From Myxococcota bacterium (GTDB lineage Bacteria; Myxococcota_A; UBA9160; UBA4427), in contig OZ252299.1 in assembly GCA_965250285.1 (NCBI GenBank), forward strand, positions 4,640,001 to 4,704,000: 64,000 nt of DNA, in the 5' to 3' direction. Both the position numbers and the translations under genes were made by a program. The notes below the pieces were generated by a model, which had not been told where the DNA came from, made no database searches, and saw only the letters and a list, made by a program, of their open reading frames with translations. Each line of letters begins with the position of its first letter. The first letter of the stretch is position 1. Shown here in pieces: positions 40,153 to 48,962 of the stretch.

Positions 40153-42078
40153 CTACGCGGGCGCGGCGCCGGGCACCGGCTCGTCGCCGTCTGCGTCCCC
40201 TTCGCGGTCGACCATGACCGGCATCTCCCAGAGCCCCATCGCCTCGAGGGCGCGCAGCGCGTCCTCGCGCTCGGGCGTGTGGATCGCCACGGTCACCTCG
40301 TCGCCCTTCGTGAGCGCGAGATCGGTCTGGAACGGCTCGGCCCGGCTCCCTCGATGCAGGGTGAGCACCATCGCCTTCTCGCCGAGTCCGGTCGGCGCCG
40401 AGGTCTCGCTCTCGTCGGGGTCTTCTTCGCTCGCCGCCGGCTCGCGGTAGCGGCGTCGCTCGAACTCGACGTCGCCGCGGCGACACCGAACGTCCCAGCG
40501 CTCGACGTCGTGGGGGCCCTCGAAGACGATGGCGGCGTGGCCGCGCTCCATGGCCTCGCGCACGAGACCGAGATCGGGCTGCCGGACCGCGAGCAGCGCC
40601 TTCGGCACCGAGAAGAGCTCACGGCCCCGAGCGCCGAACACGTTGTTGAGCGTCGCGTTGGGCGTGAGCGCGACCGTCGACGCGACGTTCTCGAAGCGCG
40701 CGCGCTGCAGGGTGCGCTCCTGGAGCGCGTTGCCGAAGACGACCGAGAAGCCGGCTTCTTCGGCAACGCGACAGCTCTGCGGGTTCGAATCGACGAACAC
40801 GACGCTGCGGTCGCCCTCGCGCAGCGCGCGACCGAGGGCGAGGCCCACGTGGTTCGCACCGAGGATGGCGATGACGCTGCGGCCCGGCAGTCGCACGCCG
40901 AGCAGACGGCCGATGGGGGCGGCGGTGAGCCCGGCGAGCACGACCGTGCAGGCGATGGTGAGAAACACCAGCGCACGCAGGTCGGTGCCTCCCGGCATTC
41001 CGGCCTCGTCGAGGCTCGACGCCACGACGGCGGCGACGGCCGCGGCCACGATGCCGCGCGGCGCGATCCACGCGATGAAGAGCCGCTCGCGGGTGCCGAG
41101 ATCGGAGCCGAGCGTCGAGATGAAGACGCCGAGCGGACGCACGATCAGCACGAGCGCGGCGACGACCGCTACGCCGCTCCAGCCGAGTCGTGCGACGTCG
41201 TCGAAGCGCACGTCGGCGGCGAGCAGCACGAAGAGCAGCCCGATCAACAGCACCGTCAGCTGATCCTTGAACTCGCGCAGATCGCGGTCGACCAGGGTCT
41301 CGCGGTTGCCGACGACGACGCCGGCGATCGTCACAGCGAGAATGCCGCTGTGCGACACCACCGCATCACAGCCGTTGAAGAGCAGCAGCACCGATGCGAG
41401 CGCAAAGATGTTCTCGTGGCCTTCGGGCACGAAGTTGCGGCGGCCGAGCAACCAGGCGAGCGCAAAACCGGCGGCCACGCCCATGCCGGCGCCGAAGCCG
41501 AGGCGCATCACGAGGGAGAGCCCCCCCATCGCGATCGAATCGACGTTGGGGGCCATCACCAGCTCGAGCACGAGCACCGCGACGATGGCGCCGATCGGGT
41601 CGATCAGCACGCCCTCTGCCTCGAGGACGGTCGCGACTCGCGAGCGCAGCCGCAGCTGAGAGACCAGGGGACCGATGACGGTCGGGCCGGTCACAATGAC
41701 GAGGCTGGCGAACAGGAAGCTCGTCGACCAATCCCAGCCGAGGAAGGCCCGGGCGAAGACGGCGCCGCCGACCAGCGTGACCAGCGCGCCCCAGGTGATG
41801 AGACGGCGAATCGGCGCCTGCTCGCGGCGCAGCCGCGAGATCTGCAGGTTGAGTCCGCCTTCGAAGAGGATGACCGCGACGGCCACGTCGACCAGCGCGA
41901 GCAGGCCGCCGCCGAGGGCGCCGGGCACGATCCAGCCGAGGCCGTCGGGGCCGAGCACGACGCCGGCGATCAACAGGGGCACGATGCCCGGCATGCGCAG
42001 GTGGCGCGCCGCCGACTGGCAGAGCACGCCGGCTGCAAGAGCCAGGGCCACGATCAGGGTGGGATGTGCGTGCTCCAC
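40153..42078 (-). CDS. NhaP-type cation:proton antiporter with TrkA-N-like domain
   Basis: ILFEGGL, TGPTVIGP, EGVLIDPIG, APRGIVAAA; C-terminal ILGAN...VFVDSN...VFGNAL. Confidence 0.92.
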   Translation of the reverse strand: MEHAHPTLIVALALAAGVLCQSAARHLRMPGIVPLLIAGVVLGPDGLGWIVPGALGGGLLALVDVAVAVILFEGGLNLQISRLRREQAPIRRLITWGALVTLVGGAVFARAFLGWDWSTSFLFASLVIVTGPTVIGPLVSQLRLRSRVATVLEAEGVLIDPIGAIVAVLVLELVMAPNVDSIAMGGLSLVMRLGFGAGMGVAAGFALAWLLGRRNFVPEGHENIFALASVLLLFNGCDAVVSHSGILAVTIAGVVVGNRETLVDRDLREFKDQLTVLLIGLLFVLLAADVRFDDVARLGWSGVAVVAALVLIVRPLGVFISTLGSDLGTRERLFIAWIAPRGIVAAAVAAVVASSLDEAGMPGGTDLRALVFLTIACTVVLAGLTAAPIGRLLGVRLPGRSVIAILGANHVGLALGRALREGDRSVVFVDSNPQSCRVAEEAGFSVVFGNALQERTLQRARFENVASTVALTPNATLNNVFGARGRELFSVPKALLAVRQPDLGLVREAMERGHAAIVFEGPHDVERWDVRCRRGDVEFERRRYREPAASEEDPDESETSAPTGLGEKAMVLTLHRGSRAEPFQTDLALTKGDEVTVAIHTPEREDALRALEAMGLWEMPVMVDREGDADGDEPVPGAAPA

Positions 42079-42181
42079 CCGCGCTCCGCGCGCGGAGCGG
42101 GCTTCGGGGCCCGCCGCCCGCGCTCAGTTCGAGCGTCGACCGGTCGTGTGTGGGGCGACCCGCCGGGCCGCGCTCACTTCG

Positions 42182-43285
42182 CTAGTCGTCGCGCTCGCCA
42201 GCGATGAAGGCCTCCATCATGCGATGGGCCTCGTCGTCGGTGAACTGCTGCGGGGGGTGCTTCATGAAGTACGAGCTCGGCGAGTGCAGGATGCCGCCGA
42301 TGCCGCGGTCGAGGGCGATCTTGGCGCAGCGGATCGCGTCGATGCTGACGCCCGCTGAATTGGGCGAATCCTCGACGGAGAGCCGCATTTCGAGATTCAT
42401 CGGAACGTCGCCGAAGAGCTTCCCCTCCATGCGCAGGTAACAGACCTTGTTGTCGTTCTGCCACGGCACATAGTCGCTGGGGCCGACGTGGATGTTCTCG
42501 TCGTCGATGCGCGTCGCCGCGACGCTCTGGACGGCCTCGGTCTTCGACTCCTTCTTCGAAGCGAGTCGGTCGCGGTTCAGCATGTTGAGGAAGTCGGTGT
42601 TGCCGCCCGTGTTGAGCTGGTACGTGCGCTCGAGCTTCACACCGCGCTTGGCGAACAGGTCGGTCAGCGTGCGGTGCGTGATGGTGGCGCCGAGCTGGGC
42701 CTTGATGTCGTCGCCGACCATCGGCAGGCCCGCGGCCTTGAAGCGATCGCTGAACGCCGGGTCGCTCACGATGAAGACCGGCATGCAGTTCACGAGCGCG
42801 CAGCCCGCCTCGAGCGCGCACTCGGCGTAGTAGCGTGCGGCCTCTTCGGAGCCGACGGGCAGATAGCTCACCAAGACCTCGGCGCCCGAATCCTTCAGGA
42901 TGTCGACGATCTCGGCGCGCGTCGCCTCGGGCTCGTCCGAGGGCAGGAACGTGCGGCCCTCGTCGTAGTTCGACATGTGAGCTGCGACACCATCGAGCAT
43001 CGTGCCCATGCTGACGCGGACGCCCGTCTTCGGGACGTTCTCGCAGAAGACCGTCGTGCAGTTCGGCTGCTCGAAGATCGCCTCGCTGATGTCCTTGCCG
43101 ACCTTGCGCAGGTCGATGTCGAAGGCCGCGACGACGTCGATGTCGGAGGGGCCGTAGCCGCCCACGTCCCAGTGCATCAGGCCGATCTGGTCGTCGGCCT
43201 GCTGATGCTTGTAGTACTCGATGCCCTGGACCAGGGAGCTGGCGCAGTTGCCCATTCCCACGATCGCGATCTTGATCTTCGCCAT
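42182..43285 (-). CDS. ino1: myo-inositol-1-phosphate synthase
   Basis: IAIVGMGNCASSLVQG, YLPVGS, GDDIKAQLGAT, YQLNTGGNTDFLNM, EDSPNSAG. Confidence 0.95.
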   Translation of the reverse strand: MAKIKIAIVGMGNCASSLVQGIEYYKHQQADDQIGLMHWDVGGYGPSDIDVVAAFDIDLRKVGKDISEAIFEQPNCTTVFCENVPKTGVRVSMGTMLDGVAAHMSNYDEGRTFLPSDEPEATRAEIVDILKDSGAEVLVSYLPVGSEEAARYYAECALEAGCALVNCMPVFIVSDPAFSDRFKAAGLPMVGDDIKAQLGATITHRTLTDLFAKRGVKLERTYQLNTGGNTDFLNMLNRDRLASKKESKTEAVQSVAATRIDDENIHVGPSDYVPWQNDNKVCYLRMEGKLFGDVPMNLEMRLSVEDSPNSAGVSIDAIRCAKIALDRGIGGILHSPSSYFMKHPPQQFTDDEAHRMMEAFIAGERDD

Positions 43286-43800
43286 GGTTCCCCCGATGAG
43301 CGCCGAGCACTCATGTTTGCCGGATGGCCCAGACCTCCCCCCCGAGGTGCTGCTGGGCGACGCGTAAGCTTATCGCAGCGCCGCTCGCGCGGGCCCGACG
43401 ACTCGAATCTATGTAGCGACTCAGGCGCGCTCCGTTAACCGCCAATCGAGATCAGCCGAGGCGAATTCTTCCGAACTCCCAGCAGCCCGCTTGGGCTGCC
43501 CAGGGGGGAGAGGCCGAATGGGCCAGACACCTCGAGCATGGATTCGGGGGGCGGCGCGAGTCACAGACTCGCCGGATCACGCCGGCCGCAGTGTTGCCCA
43601 TCTGATCGTGCTTCGCCGCCCCGGTGAAGGCCCTTCCCCCCGCTCAGGCCATTTCATGTGGTGCGTCCCTTGGTTGCGGCGACGCCAGCGCCCGTTGGAT
43701 GCCGTCTCACCGGCGGTCGTTCGCTCCATTCCGCGCGAATCCGCTCCCTGCCTGACGAAATCGAGTCGGCCCGGCGAGTATCCCCGCCGGGCAATGCAGG

Positions 43801-44220
43801 TCAGCTCCCGCCGCTTCGCCCCGCCTGGACGAGGAAGAAGACGAGATCGGCCCGCGCCCCGGCGTCGCCGACGCCGGCCGCCACCATGCGATTGCCGGGC
43901 ACCACGCGCTGAGGATTGGCGAGAAATGCGTCGAGCGTCCGGGCGCTCCACACGAGATCGCTTCGTTCGAGCGCCTGCGAATAGGCGAAGCCGGGCAGAC
44001 TGCCCGCGCGCCGACCTTCGATCTGCTTGAGGTGAGGCCCGATCTTCTGCGCCTCCCCCGACAGGTCGTGACAGGCTGCGCACGGCGCCGCCACGCGCGC
44101 ACCGCGATCGAAGCGCTCGAGATCGGCAGGCGACAGCTGTGCGCGCACGTCGGCCCATGGGTCGCTGCAGCCCGTCTGGGCGAGCAAGGCCCCTGCGACG
44201 AACAGACCCAGCCGACGCAT
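43801..44220 (-). CDS. Class I cytochrome c lipoprotein (c2-like)
   Basis: QTGC lipobox, CAACH, KIGPHL, YSQAL, PGNRM; TGATG overlap with the upstream gene. Confidence 0.9.
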   Translation of the reverse strand: MRRLGLFVAGALLAQTGCSDPWADVRAQLSPADLERFDRGARVAAPCAACHDLSGEAQKIGPHLKQIEGRRAGSLPGFAYSQALERSDLVWSARTLDAFLANPQRVVPGNRMVAAGVGDAGARADLVFFLVQAGRSGGS

Positions 44221-44879
44221 CAGCGAGGCTCCTCTTGCAGGGGCGAAGCTCCATCGCTCGCGTCGCGTCCGTAGAGCCGGTCGATGCGCCGCTCCTGCTC
44301 GCCGCGCAACACCCGGCTGAACGGTTCGCCGAGCGTGCCGCACGCGCGACAGCGCACGCCGACGTGCCAGGCGTCGTAGTGCTCGTGCTCGACGCCACGG
44401 GCGGGCGCGTCGAGATCGAGATCGCGGTGCGCGAACACGGTAGTCACGGCGAAGGTCGATCGACGACAGGGCCGACAGCGCAGGGCTTCGAGCGGGGCCG
44501 CGTGACCGCGGTCGTCTTCGGCCTCGAGCAGCTGCGTGCGCTGACCGCAGCGTGTGCAATCCAGTCGAATCGGCGGTGAGAGGCGCCCGGCCACGGCGTC
44601 CTCGCCCGATGCGACGCCCTGCAGTTCGCGCCACACCCGCAGCACCGAACGCAGGACATAGCCGCCCTGCCCTTGCCGCATCGCCACCGGCACCCCGAGC
44701 ACGCGAAACGCATCGCTTCCGCACGTGCAGACCAGCTGATGACCGACCTCGAATCGCTCGAGCGGCAGCGCACTGTCGGCGCGCGCCGTCGTGAGCCCGT
44801 CGAGCAGGCGCGGCGGATGACTCGCGAGGTGATCGCGCACCGTGGACGACAACGGCTGAACCTCTCTGCATGCTCCCAT
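44220..44879 (-). CDS. Hypothetical protein with four Cys pairs (double Zn-ribbon-like)
   Basis: CTCG, CTRCG, CRPC, CRACG. Start uncertain; the frame is open to ATG 45020. Confidence 0.6.
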   Translation of the reverse strand: MGACREVQPLSSTVRDHLASHPPRLLDGLTTARADSALPLERFEVGHQLVCTCGSDAFRVLGVPVAMRQGQGGYVLRSVLRVWRELQGVASGEDAVAGRLSPPIRLDCTRCGQRTQLLEAEDDRGHAAPLEALRCRPCRRSTFAVTTVFAHRDLDLDAPARGVEHEHYDAWHVGVRCRACGTLGEPFSRVLRGEQERRIDRLYGRDASDGASPLQEEPR

Positions 44880-44984
44880 GCTGCGTTTCGGCGGCTCGAG
44901 CGAGCGTGGCCGGCAGCGCACCGGGCCATTCCTTGGATGCCGGGCCGCGGCGAATTCGGTCGCCGACCGGCTCGGCTCTCCTCT

Positions 44985-45136
44985 GTCGCTGCGGCGCTCA
45001 TCCGTCGCCGCGGCGCTCATTCATCGCCGCGGCGCTCCGCAGCCACCGGGGCGCTCTTCAGTCGCTGCGGCGCTCCTCAACCGCTGCGGCGCTCCTCAGT
45101 CGCCGCGGCGCGATTCGGCCACCCCGGCGCTACTCG
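44985..45136. repeat. 8 x 19-bp degenerate tandem repeat ending on the stop codon of the lipoprotein gene
   Basis: Consensus gtcgcYgcggcgctcMtca; units 1/5 and 4/8 resemble each other, giving a 76-bp super-period. Confidence 0.88.
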
Positions 45137-45645
45137 TCGGGCTCGGCTGGCGGGGGCTCCGGGACGGCGCTGAGCCAGGCCTCGGGTGGACACATCGGCT
45201 GCACGATGCCGCCGCCGGGGCGCAGGGCCCGCCAGGTGTACACCTGACCCGCGAGGGTCCTTGCCCGGACGCCCGTGAGCTGGCCCCCGCACTCGGGCAG
45301 CTCCCAGGGCTCGCCGTCTTCTTCGATCCAGGTGAGCGCCGTCGGCTCGCCGACCGGTGAGGCCAGCGCCACGACGTTCATGCCGGGGTGATCGACCTCG
45401 ACCGCGCCGTAGTAGACGAAGCCCTCGAGCCAACGCTGACCATCGCTCAGGGGAATGCCGTTGAGCGTCTGGCCAACGCGGTCGTCGGGGAGCGTGCGCA
45501 GATACTCGACCGCGAGCGGCATGCTCACCGCGGTCCAGGCGGGCGATCCCGGCACGGTCTCAGGCGGTCCCGAAGGTCGGCGAGGTCCCCCGCCCCCGCA
45601 GCCGGCCACCAGGATCAGCACGACCAACAGCCCTGCGCGTCGCAT
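45130..45645 (-). CDS. Hypothetical lipoprotein
   Basis: MRRAGLLVVLILVAGC lipobox. Confidence 0.75.
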   Translation of the reverse strand: MRRAGLLVVLILVAGCGGGGPRRPSGPPETVPGSPAWTAVSMPLAVEYLRTLPDDRVGQTLNGIPLSDGQRWLEGFVYYGAVEVDHPGMNVVALASPVGEPTALTWIEEDGEPWELPECGGQLTGVRARTLAGQVYTWRALRPGGGIVQPMCPPEAWLSAVPEPPPAEPDE

Positions 45646-45686
45646 GTGCGCAGGGCGACCGGGGCGTCTCGTCGGGCGTGCGCGGG

Positions 45687-46082
45687 TCAGGACGTCACCT
45701 CGGCGGGGGCCGCCTTCGAGCGCAGCGCGAAGATCGCAAGCGCCGAGGCGGTGGCCTCGTAGGCGGCCGCGCCCAGGTTGTACGAGCTCGCGCCATGCAT
45801 CCATAGGCCGAACACCCGGCCGAGAAAGAGGGAGCCGACGATGAGGGCGACGGCCCAGAGCGCGGTCGACTGCATGCGCTCGTTGCGGGCGCCGAGCACG
45901 AGCAGCACACCAAAGCCGATCTGGAGCCCGCCATACATCGCGACGATCTCGACGGTGCCGCTCGCGTTGCCGAGCTCGAAGCCGGCGTAGCCGGCGGGGA
46001 GCCCGGGGCTCGCGAGACAGGCGAGCCCATAGAAGATGAACGCAGCGGCGTTCACCCAGAGGAAGATCGGGACCCAGCTCAT
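45687..46082 (-). CDS. DUF4345-like membrane protein
   Basis: Four TM segments; EIVAMYGGLQIGFG. Confidence 0.75.
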   Translation of the reverse strand: MSWVPIFLWVNAAAFIFYGLACLASPGLPAGYAGFELGNASGTVEIVAMYGGLQIGFGVLLVLGARNERMQSTALWAVALIVGSLFLGRVFGLWMHGASSYNLGAAAYEATASALAIFALRSKAAPAEVTS

Positions 46083-46414
46083 TCGTTCCTCCCCGACCGG
46101 GTCGGTGCCCCGGTCTCGATGTCGCCGTCGCCAGCGGCACTGCGTTCATTCATGACGGCGCGAATCGCGCGCCGGTAGAGCTCTGCCTCGGTCCAGTCGG
46201 GATAGCGCACTCGAACGGCTTCGAGACGGGCCTCGACCTGGGCCGCGTCGCCCCCGCATGCCTGAAGCAGAAAGGCGCGGTCGTCGTCGGGTGCGGCGCC
46301 CTTCTGCAGCCGTCGCAGCCCGAGCTGCTTCACCAGCCGTTGTCCGGGCCCCATCGTGACGAAGATCGCGACGACGGCGCCGCCGACCAGCACGACCATC
46401 AACGTCTCGATCAT
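46079..46414 (-). CDS. Hypothetical protein with N-terminal TM segment
   Basis: ORF with ATGA overlap to the next gene; LLQACGGD. Confidence 0.65.
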   Translation of the reverse strand: MIETLMVVLVGGAVVAIFVTMGPGQRLVKQLGLRRLQKGAAPDDDRAFLLQACGGDAAQVEARLEAVRVRYPDWTEAELYRRAIRAVMNERSAAGDGDIETGAPTRSGRNE

Positions 46415-46448
46415 GCCGGGCTCCGATGCGCGCGTCGACGGGGCGAAG

Positions 46449-46676
46449 TCACAGGTCGAGGTGGTTGCGAACGAAGGCGCGGCTCAGATACCAGCCGGCG
46501 GCGAACGTGACGAGCGTGCCCCAGAACCGAATCATCATCGACTGGTCGAGCAGCCCCTGAAAGACCAGGTAGGCCGGCAGCCCGCTGCCCAGCGCCACGA
46601 CCATGAACTTGGTCAACGCGCGCTCCCTGTGGCACGCCCGCGGCCCGCCCCCTGCGAGCACGGCGAGTTCGATCAT
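46449..46676 (-). CDS. Small hypothetical membrane protein
   Basis: Two hydrophobic segments; ATGA overlap with the methyltransferase. Confidence 0.55.
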   Translation of the reverse strand: MIELAVLAGGGPRACHRERALTKFMVVALGSGLPAYLVFQGLLDQSMMIRFWGTLVTFAAGWYLSRAFVRNHLDL

Positions 46677-47512
46677 ACACCGCTGCGCTCGGAGATCGCG
46701 TCACCCGGGCGCGTGAGACACGCCGCGTACTCGGGCGACTCGCCGAGCCGAGCGAGGATGCGGGTCTCGAGACCCGCCTCGTGGCCCAGCGCGACGAGCG
46801 CTTCGGCGCCGACGTAGATCCACTCGAAGGGGGCGCCGCGCGCGCCGCGGTACCCGAACGAAACGCGCGTCTCACCGGCGAGGGCGGCGTCTTCGATCGG
46901 CGCCGACGGATCGGCGGGCACCGCACACTCGACGCGCTGGTCGAAACCGGGGCCGGTCGGTGCGCTCGAGTCGAGCACGATGCGACCGCCTCTTCGCAGC
47001 AACCCGGGGCGCTGTTGCAAGCCACGCAGCAGGGCGACCAGGGCATCGACCCGGCCCGTCAGGCCGATCGTCTGCATGCCGAACAGGAGCGTGTCGAACG
47101 CGCCGAGGTCGGGCCCGTGGGCCTCATCGAGCAGCGACCAGACGTCGACGTGGCGGGCGTCGCGCACGCCGCGCTCCTGCATCAGCCCCACACAATCGCT
47201 CGACACATCGATGGCGCAGACGTCGTGGCCGCGGGCTTCGAGCGCGAGCGTGTGCCGCCCCGCGCCGGCACCGACGTCGAGCACGCGTCCCACGCAGGCA
47301 CCGAGCAGCGCGTCGTCGATCACCGACTGCTCACCTTCGAGCTCGAAGAACGCGCTCGTGTCGAGGTCGTACTGTAGATCGCCGCTGCGGGTGACTCGCA
47401 GCGCACGCGAGCGTCCGGTGCGCGCGTGATCGACGAGCGCGCGGGCGAGCGGCACCTGTGCTTCGACGCGCCGAGGGATGCGCAGCCAGTCGACGAGCGC
47501 GCGGAGGCTCAC
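46673..47512 (-). CDS. Class I SAM-dependent methyltransferase
   Basis: RVLDVGAGAGRH, AIDVS, FDTLL; GTG 47512 overlaps the TGA of the last repeat copy. Confidence 0.88.
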   Translation of the reverse strand: MSLRALVDWLRIPRRVEAQVPLARALVDHARTGRSRALRVTRSGDLQYDLDTSAFFELEGEQSVIDDALLGACVGRVLDVGAGAGRHTLALEARGHDVCAIDVSSDCVGLMQERGVRDARHVDVWSLLDEAHGPDLGAFDTLLFGMQTIGLTGRVDALVALLRGLQQRPGLLRRGGRIVLDSSAPTGPGFDQRVECAVPADPSAPIEDAALAGETRVSFGYRGARGAPFEWIYVGAEALVALGHEAGLETRILARLGESPEYAACLTRPGDAISERSGV

Positions 47513-47668
47513 GACCGCTGCCAACCTGTCGATGCTTCGAAGCCGGGGCTCATGACCGCTCCCATCCCGTCGATGTGTCGAAGCCGGGGCTCATGACCGC
47601 TCCCATCCCGTCGATGTGTCAAAGCCGGGGCTCATGACCGCTCCCATCCCGTCGATGTGTCGAAGCCG
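47509..47668 (-). repeat. Four-copy 41-bp tandem array of a gene 3' end forming three 14-codon mini-ORFs
   Basis: TGA at 47632, 47591, 47550 and 47509. Mini-ORFs MSPGFDTSTGWERS (x2) and MSPGFEASTGWQRS. Confidence 0.93.
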
Positions 47669-48135
47669 AGCAGGTTGTCGTCGGCGTCGGCGAGCCAGAG
47701 CGCGCCCTCGCGTTCGTCGACGAAGCGCCAGTCGAAGGTCACGCGGTCGATCCGCCAGCGCTCCCGCCCTTCTTCATCGATCACCGCGAGCCCGTGTTCA
47801 GTGAGCACCGCGAAGCCACCGGCGATCGCGACGATCGACAGCTGGGCCGCGTTCGGGATGCGATCACCGAGCGGCAGACGTCGCGGCTCGGCCACGCTGG
47901 GCGCCACCCACCAGAGCGCAGCCTCCCCCGCACAGCCAACCAGCGCGGCGTCGCCCGAGCGTGCGGCCGCACCGGCGACCGCTCGGCGCGTCAGCCGTGC
48001 AGTCGAGAACGCGAACGAGACGCGCGCGGCTTCGGGCCGATCGATCTCGAGGCGTCCCGGCGGCTCGATCCGCACCACGACGTCACCCGAGAGGGCGAGC
48101 TCGAGCCACGGCCCCTGCTCGGGCGGCGGGCTCAG
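47632..48135 (-). CDS. Hypothetical protein (beta-rich, PQQ/beta-propeller-like fragments)
   Basis: ORF is open upstream of GTG 48078 to a CTG overlapping the previous TGA; DEEGRERWR, GFDTSTG. Confidence 0.6.
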   Translation of the reverse strand: MSPPPEQGPWLELALSGDVVVRIEPPGRLEIDRPEAARVSFAFSTARLTRRAVAGAAARSGDAALVGCAGEAALWWVAPSVAEPRRLPLGDRIPNAAQLSIVAIAGGFAVLTEHGLAVIDEEGRERWRIDRVTFDWRFVDEREGALWLADADDNLLGFDTSTGWERS

Positions 48136-48605
48136 AGCTTCAGCCTCAGGCCGTGGCCCATGTGGGCGGCCTGGCTTGCGAGAAACTGCAGCTTCGACAG
48201 CGTGCGCTGATACTCGCGGTTGTCGACGGCGAGGCGATAGTCGATCGGGGGCGAGCCGAACTCGGCGGCGATCAACAGATCGTGCTCGGCGCCGTAGGTC
48301 TGGCGATCGGCCTCATAGAACACGCGCAGCACGTCGGTCATCGCGGTGGGGGACAGCACGGCTTCGCCCCCTTCGCGCAGCGGACCCACGTCGAGCGGCA
48401 GGGCCGCGAGCGACTCGACGACGCCATGAGCGAACAGCGAGTGGTACGAGTTCGGCGCGAGCTCGACGCGCGTGTCGGTCTCGAAGAAGCCGTCGTCGGA
48501 GAGCCACACCACACCCGCTTCGCCGCGCCGAAAGGGCGGCCCGGCGTCGCTTCTCGGGTCGTAGTAGTGGACGGGGCGACTCATGGATTCGATGGGGCGC
48601 GCCAT
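48132..48605 (-). CDS. Hypothetical protein
   Basis: Strong high-GC codon bias; start ATG 48605 or 48584. Confidence 0.7.
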   Translation of the reverse strand: MARPIESMSRPVHYYDPRSDAGPPFRRGEAGVVWLSDDGFFETDTRVELAPNSYHSLFAHGVVESLAALPLDVGPLREGGEAVLSPTAMTDVLRVFYEADRQTYGAEHDLLIAAEFGSPPIDYRLAVDNREYQRTLSKLQFLASQAAHMGHGLRLKL

Positions 48606-48630
48606 GCCGGCGCAATGCGCCGGTCGAGGC

Positions 48631-48852
48631 TCAGGAGGCGGGCAGACGGCTGGGTCGGTTCGCCTCGTCTCCGACGAAGCTGCGCCACTCGTCGTCATCC
48701 ACGGGCTCGGTGCGGCCGTCGGCGTGTCCCTTCAGATGGGCGCCGCAGTTCATGCACTCGATGTAGTGACGAAGCGGCTGACGTGGGCCCGCGCGATCGA
48801 TCGATCGGCGGAGCCACAGCCGACTCGGTTCGCCGTGCGCATCACAATCCAC
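48631..48852 (-). CDS. Small Zn-ribbon-like hypothetical protein (true start unclear)
   Basis: In-frame RCVDC...ECMNCG; the first Cys lies just upstream of GTG 48852. Confidence 0.5.
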   Translation of the reverse strand: MDCDAHGEPSRLWLRRSIDRAGPRQPLRHYIECMNCGAHLKGHADGRTEPVDDDEWRSFVGDEANRPSRLPAS

Positions 48853-48962
48853 GCAGCGCAGAGAGAAGATCGGGTCGATGACGCCTGCCCCCCGATCGCG
48901 ACCATACCGAAGCGGCGATGGCGCGCCCAGAAGAGCACGTCGGGTTCGCGCTGGCGTGCGCC

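Noticed and set aside
38173..42207. 1344-aa plus-strand ORF and similar long ORFs (2118-4430, 32553-35168, 36-962, 908-2488)
   Set aside because: Antisense shadows of real genes, expected from high-GC codon bias; no recognisable motifs.
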